Shown here piece after piece: positions 1-13,545 of a stretch of DNA of 64,000 nucleotides. Origin of the DNA: Lingula anatina (lineage: Eukaryota > Animalia > Brachiopoda). Every line of letters begins with the position of its first letter. Position 1 is the first letter of the stretch. The stretch is from assembly GCA_051362555.1 (NCBI GenBank), contig CM120642.1:24552001-24616000 (forward strand). The letters are read 5' to 3'. Made by a program: the position numbers and the translations under genes. A model generated the notes under the pieces. That model was not told the origin of the DNA. It was given only the letters and a program-made list of their open reading frames with translations, and did no database searches.

Positions 1-886
1 GTTGCACAACAGCCCTGAGAAAAAAAAAGACACCCAGATCAAATGGATAAAAAGGAAGTACAGTATGACACAGATAAGCAAATTTAACAGCTCACAACAG
101 TAAATATTTATAAACTCTGTAAAGATCATTTACAACAGTGCTACTAAATGTATGGCAAACTTGGAACTCTGTAACATTTTCAGATGAATTATTATACCAG
201 TAGACCATATGTGTTTAACTTGCCTTAAGGAATTAAGTCTGTATTAAATGGATGCATCATTGATCTATAGTTTATCTTTGGATTGCAGAGCGTGTAGTAC
301 AAATAAGAAACAATTTGTAATCAGAACGCTCAAACAGACCCAACAGGGTCTGTGCGACACACCAACACTTAATTACTTCAGTTTTCAGACTTAAACGCTT
401 CGGACTTAAAGTACATACGCCTACATTAGTGATTAGCCTGTAAATCCAAAAAAATGAGGCAAACCACACAGGTTTCAACGTACCATAACTCTACATTGAA
501 TGCAAAGTGCTACAAAGACCCAGATTCTTTTCACAGGCAAAATATGAGAAAGCACACATAAACATAACTTCATCAACAAACTCCAGTCACTTTCACTTTC
601 TCATTCAAGCATTTATGGAATACTTGTGACTTGCGTTTCTGGGTTTCTTCGAGAATCAGGACGACCCACTGAGGTCAAAGTCGTAAAATGTGACATGCGA
701 ATGTCGTGTTTTTAATTGATAGAAGGTATTTTTAATTAAATGAGGTATTCTTTATAGGCATTTATAGTGAGACGTAGAGTTCTCTTATCTGGAATCACGA
801 GGATTAAAGTTGACAACAACGACTGCAAAAATGTAAAGTACCTAAATACGAAATCGAAAAGGGCAGAGAATTAACTTCGATACAAC

Positions 887-3800
887 ATGGCTGGTGATCC
901 AGGTACCGACTTGGAAGATTTATTTGATAAAGCTGCCAACTTTCTCAAAAATATTGCTGGCAAACTTGACAGTGACAGATTGCTCTATTTTTATGCACGG
1001 TTTAAACAGGTAACATATGTTTACATTCTTTCCTCGTAAATTCACTTCACAAGTACGGCAACTTACACGGCAGGTATCCTTACTGTAGTTTAGTTTTCGG
1101 CCTTACAAGTTTCATGCTAGGTATATATAGAAGAAATAGCCTCATATACATGTAGGCCTGTGATACAAAGTTTTGAGGATATAGATATCCACGTTTTTTT
1201 TCACATATATACTATATTATTTGCGATTTAATTATTGTCCTTTTGAAGTTAAATGCCACTTCACGTACGCATCAGTTTGGATATTTATTCCTCTTAGGCT
1301 CCTTTTCTTCCAGCCAACCTAAAACCAGTAGCTAGCATGTAAGGCCAAAAACTGATGCAAAGTCTCACAGGGCTGTGCAGAGCCACTGCTAGTTGATGTG
1401 CTACGAGTTACAATATTTGATCTCTGGGCTTAGTTAACCATCCAGAATTCATGGGGATGGTACTCGTATTTCATTAACTTATTAAGATTTACTATATTTG
1501 TGTTTGCTGTGATCTGTACATGTATATTATCCATTGTGAGCATCAAGTCAGTGGTATTAGGTGCACAGAATAAAACAACATTGCTTTATATTATTCATAT
1601 TCTAGTTATTAGCAGTTACGTTATGTACAGGTATATGCCCTGAGAAGTAAATTGATTCATTTATATTTCAAACTGTTGTAGACTAAGGAAGGTCCATGCA
1701 ACACATCTAAACCAGGTTTCTTTGATTTCCAAGGCAAACAAAAATGGTAAGTATATACATAGATACTTTGCCACATTATATTTCTCATGTACATAGTGTT
1801 GTCAGTTATTTATTTATCACCAGAAATAAAGAAAAAAATCATCTGAACATTACTTATTGTCCCAAAGCCCTGGTGTTTTGAGGAAAAGTGAAATTTAGTG
1901 TAAACAGATTTTATAGTGTAATTAATATTGAATTTTAATCCATTAGGGAGGCTTGGAAACAGCTTGGTCAGAAAAACAAACAAGATGCAATGCGGGAATA
2001 TGTAAATGAACTCACAAGAATAGAACCAGATTGGCTTGAAAAGGTATGCAAAATACTGTATACACATGGTACTTAATACTTTTGATATGAGTTTTTACTA
2101 ACATGCTTGTTAGCATTAATGCAGGTTGCCAAAAACTTTTTATTTGTTCTAAAATTTTGTTCAAAGTGGAGCAAATTATAGGTAATAAAAGGTCCCATTC
2201 AGAATAGGTGACTAACTAGTTCAAGGTTCAAACATGGCTGACCTACTTGAATGCTTCCCCACAGGATATCTATTCAGGGGATTAGATGGCAAGCTTTGTA
2301 GTGGGTCCCCATATTTGACCCTCGGACTAGTTAGTCCCCTCTTCTGTTACAAGAGATTTCGTATTATTATGTTGAATAAAAGTACTAATTGTAAGAACAT
2401 TATATTTTTTCCCCTTTCTTTATTGATATGTCTAATTCCAGTGTGATACCTCAACCCCGCAGTCAGGCAGTGCATTTGGTGGTGTTGTAGTTTCTACCAT
2501 GCCCAATCCAGACTCAGATCTCAAAGATGAAGAGAAGACAATATTTGATTGGTGTAAGGAGGGAGATTTAGAGAAACTTACTAAATCTTTGAAAAAAGAA
2601 GGGGCAGATATTAATGTAAAGGATGGAGAGGTAAATATGAATTCCATTATCTTCTGATAATTTTTGCAGCAGTAGGATGATCTAAAAAGTAATATGTATC
2701 ACTAAGCATGACAGTGGGAGATATTTATGCACATATTCAATGATAACAGTTTTCCAAAGGTTAAAGCATTCTGGGAGTGGAACAAAGCAAACACGTATTA
2801 ACTTACTGTTGACATGAAGGTTAAAATAATTATGAAACTTTTTCATCTCTTCCATCTCTCTGTAATTCTAGTGTCCATGTATTGATTTAGCTTCTGTCAA
2901 GCTTGCTTTCTCACTTTCACTGACACACTGAGGAACATACTAAAGTATTCATTTGTTTATTTTCTCAGGGAATGTGCCTTCTTCATTGGTCCTGTGATAG
3001 AGGGAATGAAGAAATTGTCAAATATCTACTTAAACAGAAAGCAAATCTCAATGAACTGGTGAGTTTAAATGTAGAAGGTACATTGTGGCATTGAAGGCAT
3101 GAGTGAGGGGTGTGACTGAATTGCGCAGTACACTGCAATACAGCGCAATACACTTGATAACACAAATCCAGTTGCAAGTAAACACAGGAAAGGGTAATCT
3201 CAAATAAAATACGGTGATATAAAAGCAAAATACAGTACATAGTAATTAATATTGCTGATACAACTTGACAAATCGGCACAATTTTTATATTGTTTGGTCA
3301 GCCGCCATGTTGGCGAGTAGCTCTTCTTGGCCAGTAACATATCCAAGAAGAGCCACTCGCCAACATGGCTGCCAACTGGACAATATAAAAGCCTTGCTGA
3401 TTTGTTAAGTTATATCAACGATATTACTTACCTAGTAATATAGGTTGTTTTTATATCACCCTACTTTGCTGGGAATGGTCATTTCTTTTGAGTAATTGCA
3501 ACTGGATTTGATTTTTCAAGTGTATTGCACTGTGTTGCGCTGTATTGCGGTGTATTGCGTGATTTTGTTTGCACACATGGGTTTGTGTATGCATGTGTAT
3601 GAAAAGACAGGGGCTGACATGAAAATGAATAGGTATTTTCTCAGTTATAATTACTAGTACATTAAGGAGTGAAAAGAACTTAGATGGGGCAAGTTTGCCA
3701 AACCTTTTCTTGTTTTAATATATCTCCTGATTAATCTTGTGATGTGAAAATGGTATTCATATTGCTGTTAAATTTTTATGTTATTTTGTAGGATAATGAT

Positions 3801-5821
3801 GGTCAGACCCCTTTACATTATGGTAAGTAGTATTGGTAGTCTAAAGATTTCTAAAGAGCCTGGCCTTATGCTAAGCACTGTGGTATTCTTAGAAGTTGTA
3901 TTCATCGTTAGGTCTGTCCATGAAAACCTTAAGGGATCTTGGATATTAACGAAAAAGTCCAAAACTAATGCAGCTAATGAAATTTCCTATTAACTTAAAG
4001 AAAAGGTCTAGCAAGCCAAACAATTTTTCAAAGTTTGTAGTCACAGTGTAACACGAGTGACGTAATATCAGCGTTTTGAGGCTAAAATTGTATTTTTTTT
4101 AATCAAGAATTTCTCTTAAACAAAAAGCCCTATTAATACGATTGAAATAGCTATCTGAAGGTTAGCACAAACTCCATTAAACTCTGTCAGGATTTTCTCT
4201 TTTTATTTTTACTTTTGATTTTATTTTGATAAAACGTGAATTTTACGAAATATATATGGACCTTCCAATTTCAGTATTAATAACTTCAAAAATAAAAGGT
4301 CAATCCAAAAACCAAGACTCAGACGACTAGATATTATACTGAAACAGAGACACATCAAATTTCATGTCAATCTGACAGTTACAGAATGAGATATGGGGAT
4401 TGAAGTTTAGACTATGTTATCAATCTTCAAAGCTGAGAAATCGCTCCTAAACCATTTTGCTCAGGTAATTGGGCTATTTAAGCAAAATAATTGCACCTCC
4501 ACCTTACCTGTTATCATCTTGTTGATCGGGAAGGTCTATACACCATTACGTGTTAAAATTGGGTTGTTTGTTTCTATCTAGATGCCAGAAAATCTTACTT
4601 TTGTACGCAAACTTATTCGTACCACGAAAGTCGCTCTTCCCTGGGAAATGATTGACAGCTGAGTAGGTCTACCTACTCTCGTTTCACTGACGTAATTAAT
4701 CATAATTGTGCCTGACGCAGTAGGAGTCTGTGCACTGTCTAGGAAGTGTCTAAGGAAGCGCTTACAAACAAAAAGAGGATTACTTGGTGTGCCAGCAGAG
4801 GACAATGCCACCCGTCGTGCGTGGGCGCCGCTCTACACACCAAGACGCGAAAATTGAGAAAGTAAAGCAAGATTTACTCCGAGAAATGGCCGAATGTGGG
4901 TACGTATATGCCATGATGCCACAGAGTGCCAAGACCGTAATATGCGAATTTGAAAATGTTTTGGGTGGCAATATTACTTTAAAACTTGCTTGCTATTACA
5001 ATCTTTATTGTGCATAAAATGATTGCCTAACGATTTTTTTCTGACAACCCCAGACGTTGTACGAATACTAAGCAGTTCAAGTGTGATCTCGAGTCTTTAC
5101 CGCGGGGTTTCTCCATCCACCAGAAGCACTCTCTTTCAAAATTCTCTTGCTTTCCTCGCTCATCCGTTTTCTCACGACCTTCTTTCTTCCCATGACTGTG
5201 TATATAACTGTGTTCTGCTTAGCTGACGTAAGACTTATGAGCTGCCAGGGCACGCGTAACAGCTTAAGAAGTTAGACAACCATTCTTGCCCCGCCCCCCA
5301 TAGTAACGGTGCTTGACAACGGAGGCGGAGCCTAAAGCCTGCCACCCGTACCAGTCAGGACAGGTAGAAAAACTCGTCCAAATGTATATTTTTAGTCCGT
5401 GTTTCACAAATATAACTTAATTGAGTATTAGATACAAAATTGATTATTTCTAACGTATAAAAAACTAAAAATCGAGTTTTAGACATATTTTTAATATCCT
5501 AGACCCCTTAAGGGTTGGATAAGATCGTTTAAAAGATTATCATTACAATAATCGATATTTTAAGGGTAAGATTTACATTTTTTAATATGTCTTTTTCTCC
5601 ATTGTGTTTCTTTTGTTCATTTTGAATATTATGTAATTATGAAACACTTAAACATTATTATATTTTCTCTCATTACAGCTGCATCTTGTGAGCATATATC
5701 AATAGTGCAACTGTTAGTGCAAGCTGGAGCAGATGTCAATATTCAGGACTTTGATGGAAGTAAACCCATAGATACAACAAACAATGCAGACATTCTAGCT
5801 ATACTGAACAAGAATTCTTAG
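887..5821 (+). CDS. ACBD6: Acyl-CoA-binding domain-containing protein 6 (ACB domain + ankyrin repeats), 7 coding exons
   Basis: Exons 887-1009, 1682-1746, 1947-2043, 2442-2630, 2969-3058, 3792-3822 and 5679-5821 join in frame via GT-AG introns. ACB motifs LLYFYARFKQ / [26 protein letters not shown] are followed by ankyrins GMCLLHWSCDRG and DGQTPLHYAASCEH...GADVN. Confidence 0.93.
3108..3576. mobile_element. Fold-back/palindromic MITE-like element in ACBD6 intron 5
   Basis: Long imperfect inverted repeat of about 210-bp arms, centred on cttcttgg-ccagtaacatat-ccaagaag (~3323-3350). Example pairings: gccatgttggcgagt / actcgccaacatggc and caaatccagttgcaa / ttgcaactggatttg. Ends are approximate. 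Confidence 0.75.
3933..5507. mobile_element. Non-autonomous Kolobok-like DNA transposon (TTAA TSD) in ACBD6 intron 6
   Basis: TTAA at 3929-3932 and 5508-5511. About 32-bp imperfect TIRs: gggatcttggatattaacgaaaaagtccaaaac versus reverse complement ggggtctaggatattaaaaatatgtctaaaac. Purine-purine termini favour Kolobok over piggyBac (CCY termini). Confidence 0.75.
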
Positions 5822-7416
5822 TTTTGGGCTTTTATTTTGATGCCCATTTTTGATACGTGTAAGTTGCAATAGGTAAAAAAAAACAAAAAACTCCATGTAC
5901 AGCTTTTTTCACACAGAATGCTTTGTGTGCCCAGCAGGCCAACTCCTTAATTGGAATTTTGCCAATGTCAGTTTTCTGGCGAGAAGTAAAATTACTTCGA
6001 GAAGCTCTGGGGCCACAAAACCCAGCACATCACGCACTGGGTTAACAGTGAACAAGAAAAGTGGATTACAAATGAGGATAGGGAAAGGAACTCACCATTC
6101 CACCAAAAGGTGTACCAGTGTCAATCTACCATGTGCAATGAATGTTGTGCTGTCATAATAAGCATGGGAACAAACAAGATAAAGTCAAGGAAGCAGTGTT
6201 TAATAAAAAGGGAAATGAATCATGAGATCCACAATAAACAATTCTCCACAGCGTATTGTTTACTGTATCAACAATGCTGCAGGGCAGTTAGCTGATAGCC
6301 ATTGATGTTTATTTTTTATTTAGTGAAAATCCAGTGTGAACATGAACTTAAGGTATCGCTCAAAATCTGCAAGGCTTACTGCGGAGTACTCCAGTTTGTA
6401 ACTGACAAACTTTTGTCATTGATACAAAACTTTTGGTTCCTTTGTCTTGTAATAAAGGAAGTTAATAAATAAACCAATCAATTAAATTAATTAATTAAAT
6501 AGATAAATACTATAATAATAATAATATTGTTTTAGGACTTACACGTTGATTGAACATTCTGAGTATAGGAGATATTTTTTGCAACATGGGGGGGGGGGGG
6601 GTTTAAATAATTTGAATATGTATGCCAGTACGATGGATTGATAGATTAACAATATTACTTAAACCGTACGTCAAGTCCTCCAGACACATTGCACCTTTTT
6701 ACTTTCAAAATATTTACTCTGTGCTGAGATACTGGGATGGATGGTACAATAAATAAGTAAAGTTTGCCAGTTCTTTTCAAAGAATGGCACTGTGGTATGT
6801 TCAAGTTCTACTCCATATCTGTGAAGTGATATGTTGAACTTTTTAAGGGATTTTTGTTTTCAATTAAACACTGCTATCAGTGAAAAGCTTTTTAGTTATA
6901 AAATGGTGTGGACGACAGTGGGAAAGTTCTACGCAAAGTAAACAAATAAGGACAACGATGATTTCCTCCAAATCAATAAATACATATAAAAAGCTGAAAA
7001 AAGGGACGTGTGTACTGGGTCACAGATTGCACATTAAAATGCGGCAATAAATTTACTATGGTCCATAGGACTAAGCTATCTACGACTCTCTGTTATGTCT
7101 TGCACCAAGAATACATTCTTGCTAGCAGGTGCATAAATGTTTATTTTATCTACTGTTTTAACTTTCGCAAGTAATTGCTTCGTGAGCAATTTTATTTTAA
7201 ATATTTTTTAATATCTGAGATGTCTTAAAATACCGAAGTAGTATGTTACCACAGGGTGCAGTGCGTTATATTAACATTGTGCGACCTTTGTTAAGGTACA
7301 TGATATCGGATTATTTTATAATCCAAGTAGGTTATATAATCTTCATATGTAGATAAATCCTGACGCAGTCTGTGCATTTCCTCACAGCACAGCGATCCAC
7401 CCAGTAAAGGTGCAAC

Positions 7417-10400
7417 ATGCTTGCCTTTTGCGTTTGCCTCGTGGTATTTTTCGCTAGTGTCGGGGCAAAAACGCCCTTCATGAGCGAGTATGAGTTTTCC
7501 CGCCAAAGAGACGAGTTGATGGCCAAAGAGTGGATGTTTGCTGGGCACGCGATGGATCTTACTGATGTAAGTCTACAGTTATATTTATTCGACCATTTTT
7601 ATCTTTTATGTTGAAGTTTTGTTATCCCAAGCGATCTAAAGAAAGGTATTTTTTCTCATTTTTAAGCAAATGTTACCGACAGCTAGGTAAACTTGTACAT
7701 TCTGTACATGTAATGATTAACAAAAGCACACCCAGCAGGCATAGTGACATCGGATCAACGTTGAAAACAGATTGGGCCGTTGAACTACCTAAATTCAACA
7801 TCGACTTACTGTTGACCCAGCCACATCAAAATGCCGTCATAAAGTGACGCTGATTCAACGCTAGCTCACTATAGACACTAAACAATTATCACTTTTACTT
7901 TAAAGCACCGTTTTTCATATTTTGATAAAATTCGCTACAGTATTGATGTCTATTTGATCTTTTCCGGAAGCAATGATCAATAGAGCATCATAGATGATGG
8001 TGGGGTATTCATTATAATAGTTTATTTAGGCTTTCATCACATGCTGGTTATTGCGGTAACGACAGTCCGAAGATTCTACAATTCGCACCGCGCAAGATTG
8101 GTCAGGACTGTTTTAAATTAATGTTTGAATGTAAAACAAGCCTGAGGTGGATTATGCGGCACTGTTTTTGATGTTAATAGGCTAGAACTAATTATTACCC
8201 ATGGCAACATATATACCATGCAGCTGCCGTAAATCCATTTTAATACATTATGTCATATATAGGCCTTCATATAAACATCGTATCACGTTTTTAATAATTA
8301 ATAATACTGAATCTACATCGACTCAATAATATATTAAATTACGGCCCACGTCTAGCATCACGACCCCCAAAATACAATCCCATCCTACGGATCAGAATGC
8401 TGAGTACTCAAAGCTTCCGATCGAAAAATGTGTGAGAGTTTCGAAATCTGGTGCTTCAGGAGACTCCTCAGTATCAGCTGGAAGGAAAATAAACCAATGA
8501 AGAAGTTCTACACAAAATCAACTTTGAGGAGAGACTTCTTAACATCTTACAGAAAAAGAAACTTTCATTCATTGGACATCAACTTAGAAAAGATAACTCA
8601 CTCCAAAAAGGACTTTTGATGGGATCAGTGTATGGGCAGAGACGACGAGGGAGGCCGAAGACCAGACTTGGAGACAACATTAAAGAAACATGTGGGATGA
8701 CCATGGTAGATACAGTGAGAAAAGCGCAGGATAAGAGGGAGTGGAAACACGTTGTGCAGGGGGCATGTTGTGTAGGAGAACAATGAACTTTTCATAAGTG
8801 ATGATGATGATGATGCCATATTCCAGCTAAGAGTCTGGTAATTTGCCCTCTTGATATGTTCTTTTAAAGAAGTTCGACATGAAGATAACTATGCACCTTT
8901 TTTTGGAATGATGATTGGAGCTTGGCTATTTTCTCAAAATAAACTACCGAATACATTTCTTTATGTATGTATACCTATATGTACAGTATGTATATGTTTT
9001 AATAGACGCAAAACTTACCTGGCAATAGATAATTTGTTTTCAATATACATGTATTATAATTTGTATTGATTCTGCTGAGGATTTCATCATGAATCAACTT
9101 AAAAGCTGTCTTCCTGCCTGCAATGCTAAGAAACAAGCAGCAATATAAGAGAAAATGTTGATACTTGAGCTGGAATAACAGTCTGTGTGCAACAAGAGTA
9201 GTGGATAAATTGGTCAGCACAAGGGATACTTAATATCCTCAGTTACAGTGATAACCAGTAGCTGGCAACAGCAAGGCTTGGAATGTAATTACGCACCAAA
9301 CATCAGGGATGATTAGAATATGGTGTATCCTTTGTAAATATCATTGAATAGAATAAATAACATTCTTTTCATAGAAGGGGCAAAACACTTGGAAAGATGG
9401 CTTAAAATATAATATAAGATGCTGATAGACATAAATTCATTGCTAACTTGAAAACAATTCATTTTAGCTTCTTTAAACTACTAAAAATGAATTTATTGAC
9501 TCCCAAAACCCTTTCTACGTGTATCACGCATGGTCATTAAATGAAAAATATCTGTGATTGAACTTAAAGTTTTAGCAAATTAAATATTCAAAACGGCGGT
9601 CCTGGAGCCTATAATTAGCGATAACCAGATGGCAGACAATCATATTCTGAAGCGGGGGACTCCCCTTTATCCAAAAAACACCACCATAAAAATCCCCAAG
9701 GGAGGATGGGGGTTGGCCCATTGACTACAGAGAGAACAGCCGCTGTTGATTTCTCAATAATTGATATTTCGTAATAAAATATATCCAACTTAAATATATC
9801 AAAATATTATAAAATATTTAAGAAAAGCGAACAGCCCAAGTGCCAAATTCAAACAATGGCCGTGGTACATGTGCTAAAATGTTCTGAAATATTCAAGGTG
9901 TTGCTTAACATATGGGCATCGATATAGGGTTGATGTTATCCGGTATTTTCTGTTTATGATTCACTAATTCATTTATATTTCATACGCCAGGATGAAAAGA
10001 TCGTCGATAACTACCTGGAATACTTGAAATGGCAAGAGTTCATGGCTACAAAAGACAGATTCCCGCCTTCTGTAGGATTGGAAAGCGTCCTCGATCATAT
10101 CGTCAACTCAAAAGTTTTCAAAACCTTGAAAAAATTCCCAAAGGGTGGAAATATGCATTTGCATGAAAGTGAGTAAATCCTTTCACATAATTGAATATTA
10201 ACAGCGTACCCAAGCTTTCAAATTACATGATCCACTTTATGAAAAATTTGTGTTGTCATCTTGTAGATGTCTATTTTCCGCAACTGGTAAAATTTATTTA
10301 AAATCATGTCTGGATTAGAATTATTATTATTTGGGATTAAGATAAAATCTTACTAACCAACTAGTGACTTCTACGCGATACCATATGTTCGACCATCGTA

Positions 10401-10963
10401 TGTGATTTTTTTTTAGACCATGTTCTCAGCAAAAGCAAAATGCTTGACATCGTTTATAGCTCGGACGACTATGAACATCTCTACGTTGCTGTAAATGTCT
10501 CTAATAATTATAAATGGCGCCTGGATTTCTTTCTTAACCCACCACAAGGTAATACATTTCATACTACATGTAGTATCAGTGATTCTTAAGAGATTTATAG
10601 ACATATGACTTAAAATACTTCAAACAAAACATACAAAATATAGCGTTGGACAATACAATTTCATTCGTTTAACTTGTCAGTTTTATCATTTGGTACATGT
10701 AAGATAAATGTGATAATGGCGACCACACCAAAATACACAAATTCATCATTTTACTTGTTTAAAATGTCGAAGTGGCTGCAAGGGGTGGGGTTTAGAGCCC
10801 ATTAAATAGTAGTACTAGTAGGGGGCCATATTTTCGCTCATAACAATAAATGCATATTGTAGATGTTTCCTTAAGATGTTACTAAATATGGGAAAAAGAT
10901 ACACAGTGTTAGGATTGTTTTTATTTTTTATTTTTATTTTTATTTTATTATTATTATTTGTAT

Positions 10964-11005
<42 letters not shown>

Positions 11006-13545
11006 TGTCAAGGATGGGAAAAGGTGAAAGGAAATCCAAAATACACCAAAGAAAAACTTCTGCCACACATGCACCTGTTGGGTTCCATGACGGAGTATGC
11101 TAAAGAAAACCCAACTAATAGCGGTCAGAGATGGAAGGAAACGAACCCCATGTTTAGCAGACTAGGGTCAAAGGTCATCGCTAATGCCAACATAAAGGAG
11201 AAGTACCTGCAGGTAACTTGACCATCATCAGGGCCTAAATAGAAAAGAGCGGTTTACTTTTTTGCTCTTTTGTCCCTTAATTTTCTTTGTGTTTTTATTT
11301 GACAAATAACAAAATGCCTGATACAAACATCACAATTGTACCTTTCAAGACTTAAATATTCATATTTTGAGATTTTTAATATAATTGCAAAGTCACGTAT
11401 TGCTCTATTTACATAAAATTCAAAATCCTAAATGCTAAATCCAATATGGCTACAGGCACATAGACATATATGATGATGGCACCAACAGAAAAAAAGAAAA
11501 AAAAGTGTCTGTCCTGGATATGAACTCATCAACGTGTTGGCAAAACACGCTATCTACCTTAAGAAACTGTCACGTCTAGTTGGTATACGTGTGGGAAAAC
11601 ACGAGGAGACACAGATGTGTCCGTTTTCATGTCCAGGGACACCGGATGGCCTACTTTTGAGAAGGTTTGGGTTGTGCGGAGATATAGGATATGATTAGAG
11701 ACGCTGCTTGGTTATATACTTGGGCAGGGGGACAAGAGTATATACCTTATACCCTGCTAATCAAGGCCATTGTAGACAAAGTATAAGTTTTAGTTATTTG
11801 GAAAACGTATGAATTGAAAGTAAACCGTTATATCAAAAAATCGGGAACAGGATTTGGCTGTAAAGTAAATCATCTTTTCACTGTCAATCAAATAGAAAAA
11901 CTTACTCCGATCACCAAAGAGGTCAAAATTGTTGTTAAAACGTCTAAAACACCTAATTTAAAAGATCAGTGCGTTCATCAATGAAAAAGGATAGTTAACT
12001 GAGAGGTGGACCTCGTCCTCAATACAATCAGATTCAGAATAGCCAATTTTTCATATCGTTCTATTTCTCTTCACAAAGGTGCCATCCCAAGTCTCGCCAG
12101 CCAGCACCCTACAATGCTTAGTGGACAAAGTTGTCTTTTTTTATATAATACTACTGATTTACAAAACTTGTTTGAACAATCCAAACAAACACAAATTAAA
12201 CTATTTCAACGCTGTTTTCCACATATGTTCAGATTCCATTATCATTTCATTTTAGGGTATTTTGGACGCAGCTGTCGAGGAGAACGTTCAGTACTTGGAG
12301 ACACGGACCTCAATCTACGGCCGCCTATACGTTCTAGACCCTGACCCAAAATACACCTCCAAACGCGGAAAAAGGTATATCGATACCTCGGACGGAGAGC
12401 TCGAAATCCAGCAAAGTATTAAAACGATCGATGCATTCATCAAAAAGAATCCCCACTTTATTGGGCTACGTAAGATAGCAAATTCGTTCAGGCGTAACAC
12501 CATGAAGGGAATGTATGCCGACATGGAGAAGGCCGTGCGTATGCATCTCAAGTACCCCAACTACATCGCAGGCTTTGACATGGTTGGAGAAGAAGACAGG
12601 GGAAACTCCCTCCTTTACTTCATGGAGGACTTCCTGAAACTCTATGACAATGCTACGGGGGAAAGCCGCGTCCCGTTTTACCTCCACAACGGTGAGACCA
12701 ACTGGCCGGATGACTTGCTGACCGCCTCGAACGCAAACGACCCCGTCGGAACGCTACAAAACACTTACGAGGCGGTTCTGCTCGGTGCTAAGCGTGTCGG
12801 ACATGGACTAGGCTACTTCAAACACCCATATCTCCTAGACTTACTGAAACAACACCAGACTGCCATTGAAGTGTGTCCAGTTAGTAACCAATTGCTAGGC
12901 TATACGGCCGATCTGCGGAACCACCCAGCGATTAACTTCATTCGAATGGGCGTACCGGTTATACTTGGTGCGGATGACCCTGCAACTTTTGGCTATAATT
13001 ATTTCACTGCAGATTGGTACGAAGCGTTTATGGGATGGGGACTTCGTCTGCCAGACTTGAAGAAGCTTGCCATTAATTCTCTGCACTACAGCGCAATGCC
13101 AACGAAAGAGAAAGCATCTGCCATAAACGAAAAGTGGAAACCGGCCTATTCTAAATTTATTGCTGACATTAAGAGAGAGGCCTGCTCAATAGATTTCAGC
13201 AACACGACAAACGAGCCTTTCATCGCCAGAATTTTCCCTCGAGAAGGTCCCATGAAAGCTTCTTCCAAAGTGCACGTGTTTGGCCGAAACTTCGAGCAAG
13301 CTATTTGCCAGGGTGTTGTCTGCAAGTTTGACAATACAGTAACTTCTGGGTCTTACGTTTCTGGCCAGCAGCTTTCTTGCCAAGTACCGGACTTCAAGTC
13401 TCTAGGTAAAACCGATGTTGGCGAATCGGTTTCAGTGAGGCTTAGAGTGTCTCTTGACGGTGGCGCCACCTTTCGGTCTTACAGCAGCCAGTTTACGTAC
13501 GTTTCGCAGCTCAAGGATGGCACATCGGAGCCTTTTATTGGTTAA
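7417..13545 (+). CDS. ADA2: Secreted ADA2/ADGF (CECR1/MDGF-like) adenosine deaminase with C-terminal IPT/TIG domain, paralog 1 (~649 aa, 5 exons)
   Basis: Exons 7417-7566, 9991-10168, 10417-10548, 11013-11212 and 12256-13545. Signal peptide MLAFCVCLVVFFASVGA. ADA motifs PKGGNMHLHE, ENVQYLETR, GFDMVGEED, HNGET, RVGHG, EVCPVSNQ, DLRNHP and GADDP. Tail PFIARIFPREGPMKASSKVHVFGRNF...CKF...LSCQVP...VSLDGG...FTYV fits IPT/TIG. Confidence 0.9.
8385..8816 (+). mobile_element. 5'-truncated, frameshifted RTE-like LINE 3' end in ADA2 paralog 1 intron 1
   Basis: Translated remnants FEIWCFRRLLSISW and GSVYGQRRRGRPKTR..DNIKE are typical of the C-terminus after the RT domain in RTE-clade LINEs. It ends in a (GAT)n tail at ~8799-8816. 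Confidence 0.7.
10919..11006. repeat. (TTTA)n / T-rich microsatellite directly upstream of ADA2 exon 4 acceptor
   Basis: tttatttatttatttat... run visible. Confidence 0.9.

Noticed and set aside
12315-13383. Several antisense ORFs over ADA2 exon 5 (likewise 22672-23842)
   Set aside because: Shadow ORFs of a GC-richer coding exon with no recognisable motifs.
7417-13545. Deaminases as RNA editors (ADAR-like) linked to the nearby hairpins
   Set aside because: They have signal peptides and ADA TIM-barrel motifs for free adenosine, with no dsRBD or ADAR deaminase motifs.
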